Notes under the pieces: generated by a model
The model's database searches: none
What the model was told of the DNA's origin: nothing
The model's input: the letters and a program-made list of their open reading frames with translations, nothing else
Position numbers and translations under genes: made by a program
Assembly: GCA_964354255.1 (NCBI GenBank)
Contig: CAYGYX010000007.1
Location: 1 to 52,929 of the forward strand
DNA length: 52,929 bases
Reading direction: 5' to 3'
Source of the DNA: an uncultured Acidimicrobiia bacterium
GTDB taxonomy: Bacteria; Actinomycetota; Acidimicrobiia; Spongiisociales; UBA11373
Part shown: one piece after another, positions 48,587 through 52,929 of the stretch
Layout: every line of letters starts with the position of its first letter
How positions within the stretch are numbered: the first letter of the stretch is position 1

Positions 48587-49564
48587 TCAGGCCACCCGGG
48601 CGTCGTTTTGGAGTGTGGCCTCGTCCCGCAGGCGGGCGAGCGCCTCGTTCACGATCTGGCGCACTCGCTCCGGGGTGATGCCCAACTCCGCGGCTATGTC
48701 CGACAGGGTCCGGCTACGGCCGTCGGCCAGGCCGAAGCGGGCGGCGACGATCTGCGCTTGCTTCTGGGGCAGCAGCCCCAACGCCGCGTGGAGGGCCTCC
48801 CTGGTCTCACCGCGAGCTGCCTCGTCCTCCGGGTCGGCGGCGTCGGCGTCGAGGACGAAATCGCCCAGCAGGGCGCCGTCCTCCCCAACCGGGCGGTCGA
48901 GGGAGACCGTGTCGGCGACCTCCAGTGCCTCGGCGACCCGGCCGGGCGCAATCCCCGTCTCGGCGGAGACCTGGGCAAGGGTGGGTTCGCGGCCCAAGGT
49001 CCCACGCAAGGTGGTAGTTGCGGCGCGCACGGCCGGCAGGATCTCATGGAGGTGTACCGGGATGCGCACGTTGCGGGATTGAGCCGCGATGGCCCGGGAG
49101 ATTGCCTGGCGGATCCACCAGGTGGCATAGGTGGAGAACTTGAAACCCCTGCGCCAATCGAACTTCTCTACGGCCCGTATGAGACCGAGGTTGCCCTCTT
49201 GGATGAGATCGAGGAGGTCGAGGCCGTCGGACCCTGCATAGCGGCGTGCATTGGCGACTACCAGGCGCAGGTTGGCGGAGATGAACCTGTCTTTGGCCGC
49301 CCTGCCCTGCTCCACCTGGCGACGGAGTCCGGCTTGCTCGGCTCGGTCGCGGATCTGCTGTGATTCCAGCCGTCGGGCCGCCCGTTCCCCCGCCTCTATG
49401 GTCTGCGCCAGTTCGCTCTCATCGTCGGCGCTGAGCAGATCGTGGCCACCGACCTCGTTCAGGTAGCGGGTGAGGGTGTCGGTGGTCGGCTGCGAGCGCC
49501 GGGGGGCGCGAGGAAGCCTCTCCGGAGGGTCTGTGCGGGCGGTGGCGTCTCTGGACGCGGGCAC
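48587..49564 (-). CDS. Second sigma70-family (group 2/RpoD-like) sigma factor
   Basis: [58 protein letters not shown]; start uncertain (ORF open to 49753). Confidence 0.88.
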   Translation of the reverse strand: MPASRDATARTDPPERLPRAPRRSQPTTDTLTRYLNEVGGHDLLSADDESELAQTIEAGERAARRLESQQIRDRAEQAGLRRQVEQGRAAKDRFISANLRLVVANARRYAGSDGLDLLDLIQEGNLGLIRAVEKFDWRRGFKFSTYATWWIRQAISRAIAAQSRNVRIPVHLHEILPAVRAATTTLRGTLGREPTLAQVSAETGIAPGRVAEALEVADTVSLDRPVGEDGALLGDFVLDADAADPEDEAARGETREALHAALGLLPQKQAQIVAARFGLADGRSRTLSDIAAELGITPERVRQIVNEALARLRDEATLQNDARVA

Positions 49565-49667
49565 ACTGCCAGAACACCCGTTCGTCGGCTTCTGTTCCCG
49601 GAGCGCCGGTGAGTGTCTCCCTGCGCCTGGCGTGGTCACCCATGGTGGCCACGGGCTCTTGGCGCCA

Positions 49668-49689
49668 CCGAGTGGGATACCGAGTGGGA
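49668..49689. repeat. Tandem direct repeat CCGAGTGGGA x2 in divergent intergenic region
   Basis: 10-bp units at 49668-49677 and 49680-49689. Confidence 0.7.
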
Positions 49690-49862
49690 ATCGCCTGCTC
49701 CGATCATGTGCCATTTGCCCGGCCCACATAGGCGGGGAGCGGCCCCATTGCATGTGAAAGGAGGGCCGCGATGGGGAAATGTCGGACTTGGTGGTAATCG
49801 GCCTAGCCGCTTGACCGCCGATGGTATAGCATCAAACCGTCCCCGCTATTGGAGGGTTACCC

Positions 49863-50255
49863 ATGGCAATGTCGGCTCAGCACAAGGCGGCTCTCGCCCA
49901 GGGTCGTCGAGAAGGGCGAGCTGTCAAGCAGTACCTGGAGGCACTGGGCAGCCGCCGCCCCGGACGTCCGGTCACACCCGAGCGCTTGCGCGACAAGATC
50001 ACCGCTCTCGAGTCTCGCATCGGCGAGGAGGCGGACCCGCTCAAGGCGTTGGAGATGCGCCAGGAGCGCCTCGATGCAGAGGCCGCGCTCGCTCGCGCCG
50101 AGGCCACCGAGGACTTCGCCGCCCTGGAAGCTGCCTTCATCGAGCATGCCCAGTCCTACTCGGAACGCAAGGGCATCTCGTATTCGGCCTGGCGGGAGTC
50201 GGGTGTAGCCGCCGGCGTGCTGCGGAGCGCCGGCATACCCCGATCCCGCGGCTAG
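49863..50255 (+). CDS. Hypothetical small basic/coiled-coil protein, candidate nucleoid-associated protein
   Basis: GGAGG SD and TATAGCAT upstream; HKAALAQGR, RRPGRP, coiled coil, YSERKGISYSAWRESGV..VLRSAGI. Confidence 0.8.
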   Translation: MAMSAQHKAALAQGRREGRAVKQYLEALGSRRPGRPVTPERLRDKITALESRIGEEADPLKALEMRQERLDAEAALARAEATEDFAALEAAFIEHAQSYSERKGISYSAWRESGVAAGVLRSAGIPRSRG

Positions 50256-50311
50256 CCCTCGTCGGCGCCGCACATCCGTGGCCGGCTCGGTCGGCCGCAC
50301 ACCCTCAACCG

Positions 50312-50385
50312 GGGCCCGTAGCTCAGTCGGTCAGAGCAGCGGACTCATAATCCGTCAGACGCAGGTTCGAATCCTGCCGGGCCCA
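50312..50385 (+). tRNA. tRNA with CAT anticodon, most likely tRNA-Ile2 (lysidine-modified)
   Basis: GGGCCCG/CGGGCCC acceptor stem with C4,C5, GCGGA-CTCATAA-TCCGT anticodon arm, A73; CCA not encoded. Confidence 0.9.
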
Positions 50386-50495
50386 CGACTTCTGCGGGTG
50401 ATCGGCGGTCGCCGCCTGTTCAGCAGCGACGGTGCCGGTGCCGGGGTTGTTGCTGCCGTCTGGGGGCTGCGCCGAGGGGTGGGGCATCGACGGTG

Positions 50496-51047
50496 TCAGC
50501 AGCCGGGAAGGTCCGGCCGGCACCGCTCGAGCAGGATGTAGGCCCCGTCGGCCAGATCGTATCCCGGCAACGGGGTGGCCTCCCCGACCAGCGCCGAGGC
50601 GTCATCGGCATCCACGCCCAGGCGGACGACGGCTTCGCCGCCCCGCACCTGGATCTGGAAGACCACCATGCCGTCCGCCGAGACCGGGCCCGACAGCTCT
50701 TGACCGGATGGGTCGGGAAAGGTGCCCTCGGCTCGCGCCGTCCACAGCTCGCCCTGCGGCTGGTGGATCTCCAGGATGAAGGCGTCGCTCGAGGTGCCCT
50801 CACCCGGCTTGTCGAGGCTTTCCCCGCTTCACAACCCCACGAAGTCGGCGGCGACGGCGCTTGGACGCACGGGCCTGAGCAGGTCGGGAAGTCCCTCGGC
50901 GACCCAGAGCGACGATGCAGCGGCCGGGTGGGTGGGGGATTCCGGCGCTCCCGCGTCGCCGTCGCCGAAGTACACGACGAAGAGCGCCGCGACCCCCGCC
51001 ACGACTGCCACGAGCAGTGCCCACAGCCGCCAGGTCAACCGCGTCAC
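50496..51047 (-). pseudogene. Membrane-anchored hypothetical protein with internal stop
   Basis: GGAGG SD + GTG, TM LWALLVAVVAGVAALFVVYF; frame continues past TGA at 50829-50831 (FVGL*SGES) to ERCRPDLPGC*. Confidence 0.6.
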
Positions 51048-51415
51048 GCCCGCCTCCGGGTCTGCCCCTCGATGCCAGAGCAGCCATCGTGCTGCTGCCA
51101 CAGGAGTCCAGCCAGGGCCCGCGGGCGCAGTTGACGCCGCCCGTCGCGACTCTCTAGGCTCAATCGATAATCGATACACCCCCGGTGCTGGGACCGGGTG
51201 CCGGACCGCAGAGGATGGAACGTGGTTCGAGTCGCTGAGGGGATATGGTGCTGGCGGAAGCCCCCAGGCACGCTGGGCAAGCCGGTTTCCTTCTCATCCC
51301 CGTCGCCTCGGCTTGAGAGCCCGGGGGCTAGCATTCCGGGGGTGGACCGGGTCGCTCGCTCGCCCCGCCGGAGGCCCTCGGCAGTCTGCAGTCCGGCTCT
51401 TCTCGGGAAGCAGCG

Positions 51416-52441
51416 ATGACGGTCGACGCGCGCCCAAGCGGCGAGTCGTCGGCTCAGCCCGAGGCAGGCCGAGGCCCGACGGGTTGGCTTGGTCTGATGA
51501 ACAAGCCCGTCGTCAAGTGGCCGGCCGCCCTCGCGGTGCTCGCTGTCTTGGTGGCCTTCTGGACTATCGCCCGGCAGTCCCTGGTGATCGGGGTGGTGTC
51601 CGACGCCCCGCTGGTGTTGGCGGCCATCGGCTTCGCCCTCCTGTACCGCCTGACCGGGTTGATCAACGTGGCCTACTCCGAGACCGTCACCATGGGCGCC
51701 TACATCGGCATGTGGGTCAACACCACCTTCGGGCTCAACTTCTATGTGACCCTCATCCCGACGGCGATCCTCACCGGGCTGTTCAGCGTGCTCACCTACT
51801 TCGCCATCTTCCGGCCGGCGAAGCTGCGCAACGTGGGGGTCGTGGAGACGATCATCATCTCCTTCGGGCTCTCGATCTTCCTCCGGTACGGCCTCCAGTT
51901 CGTCTTCGGGTTCGAGTTCCGCTACTACGACGTACCGGTCCAGAAGAGCCTCTCCGTGCTCGGGGTGGGGGTGAGCCCCTTCCGGCTCACCGCGCTGGGA
52001 GTGACTCTGGCCCTCTCCCTGCTGCTGATCTGGTTCATCCGGAAGTCCCGGGTGGGAGTCAGGATCCGGGCCCTGGCCGGCGATGAGAAGCTGGCGCAGG
52101 TGAGCGGTATTAACCCGCTGGCCACGACCGTGCTCATCTGGTTCGTCGCCGGGGTGGCCGGCGGTCTGGCCGGGGCGTTCTACGGGGTGAATACCTCCTG
52201 CCGGGCGTGGCTCGGGTGGGATCAGTTCCTCTTCATTCTCCTGGTTGTCCTCATCGGTGGGGCGAGAGGGATCAGCGGGGTCCTGTTCGCCGGGCTGGCT
52301 ACCGGCGTCGCTCTCTCCTTCCTGGAGCTGGTGCCGGGGCTCAAGACCACACCGGTCTATGCGCAGGTGATCGTGATCGCCCTGTTCATGGTGATCCTGA
52401 AGGTGCGGGGGAACCGGCTGATCGAGACGGGGAAGGTGTAG
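51416..52441 (+). CDS. Branched-chain amino acid-type ABC permease (LivH-like)
   Basis: AIGFALLYRLTGLINVAY, VGVRIRALAGDEKLAQVSGINP, LVVLIGGA. Confidence 0.88.
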   Translation: MTVDARPSGESSAQPEAGRGPTGWLGLMNKPVVKWPAALAVLAVLVAFWTIARQSLVIGVVSDAPLVLAAIGFALLYRLTGLINVAYSETVTMGAYIGMWVNTTFGLNFYVTLIPTAILTGLFSVLTYFAIFRPAKLRNVGVVETIIISFGLSIFLRYGLQFVFGFEFRYYDVPVQKSLSVLGVGVSPFRLTALGVTLALSLLLIWFIRKSRVGVRIRALAGDEKLAQVSGINPLATTVLIWFVAGVAGGLAGAFYGVNTSCRAWLGWDQFLFILLVVLIGGARGISGVLFAGLATGVALSFLELVPGLKTTPVYAQVIVIALFMVILKVRGNRLIETGKV

Positions 52442-52446
52442 GTGCC

Positions 52447-52929
52447 ATGAGTCTCGACTGGCTTTCGCATTACACCGTCACGGTCCTGATCCTCATCTTC
52501 ACCACTATGGGGCTGGCGCTGCTGCTCCACCTGCAGTTGGGGCTGACGGGGATCGGCAACTTCGGCCTCGTCGGCTTCTACGGGGTGGGGATGTACGCGT
52601 TTGGGATGTTCCTGGTCCACGTCCCCTGGCCGGAGAGCTGGGGGATGCTCATCCCCTTCTTCCTCTCGCTCCTTCTGGCGACGGTGGCGGCCGGCCTGGC
52701 CGGGCTGCTGGTGGGCTGGCTGATCGTCGGCCTCGACGCCGACGGCATCCTCCTCGGCACGCTCGGGTTCGCCGCCATCGTCTACGGCCTGTCGCAAACC
52801 AATCGCGACTGGACCGGCGGGGCCGAAGGCATGGGTACCGCCGACTTCCCCTACGACGTCGGCTCGCAGAAGGCGAACACCCTGCTGTGGCTGGGCATCC
52901 TGTTGGTGGTGGTGGCCCTCATCCTGTTC
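52447..52929 (+). CDS. Branched-chain amino acid-type ABC permease (LivM-like), 3'-truncated by window edge
   Basis: LHLQLGLTGIGNFGLVGFYGVGMY, LLGTLGFAAI, WTGGAEG. Confidence 0.85.
   Translation, partial: MSLDWLSHYTVTVLILIFTTMGLALLLHLQLGLTGIGNFGLVGFYGVGMYAFGMFLVHVPWPESWGMLIPFFLSLLLATVAAGLAGLLVGWLIVGLDADGILLGTLGFAAIVYGLSQTNRDWTGGAEGMGTADFPYDVGSQKANTLLWLGILLVVVALILF

Noticed and set aside
38519-50311. Active integrative element or prophage
   Set aside because: No integrase, transposase, phage genes or duplicated tRNA 3' end visible.
50312-50385. tRNA-Met or fMet call for the CAT tRNA
   Set aside because: G1-C72 pair and no triple G-C anticodon stem exclude fMet; GGGCC acceptor (C4, C5) and context favour Ile2. 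Not proven without an isotype model.
50829-50831. Selenocysteine recoding of in-frame TGA (also 39946-39948)
   Set aside because: No SECIS-like hairpin follows, and neither position looks like a redox Cys site.

Overview
High-GC actinobacterial chromosome segment. The lineage is probably Acidimicrobiia-like; this is inferred from gene content and style, not from a search. Most of 3-38 kb is conserved housekeeping backbone: leuS-comEA-comEC-holA, greA-rpsT/lepA-hemW-hrcA-dnaJ, a BldD-like regulator, phoH-pgpH-ybeY-corC-era, recO-uppS-glyQS, thrC-hom/thrB, dnaG-sigA. Small accessory blocks interrupt it: abfD+LacI behind a partial tRNA-Ala, a 4-gene cassette between era and recO, and a DUF222-HNH gene next to a palindromic mini-element. 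An ~11.8 kb variable region lies between tRNA-Asn and tRNA-Ile2(CAT). It holds gene relics, a VapBC26-like TA pair, an F420-type LLM, a SigK/RskA + DUF4397 + class F sortase module, an archaeal-type GAPDH(II)+PGK pair (the PGK-like protein has an altered substrate-binding motif) with a Gfo/Idh/MocA oxidoreductase, a second sigma70 and a candidate nucleoid-associated protein. The window ends in branched-chain-type ABC permeases. No CRISPR array, rRNA, integrase or transposase was seen. Family calls rest on motif recognition by eye; no database searches were run.
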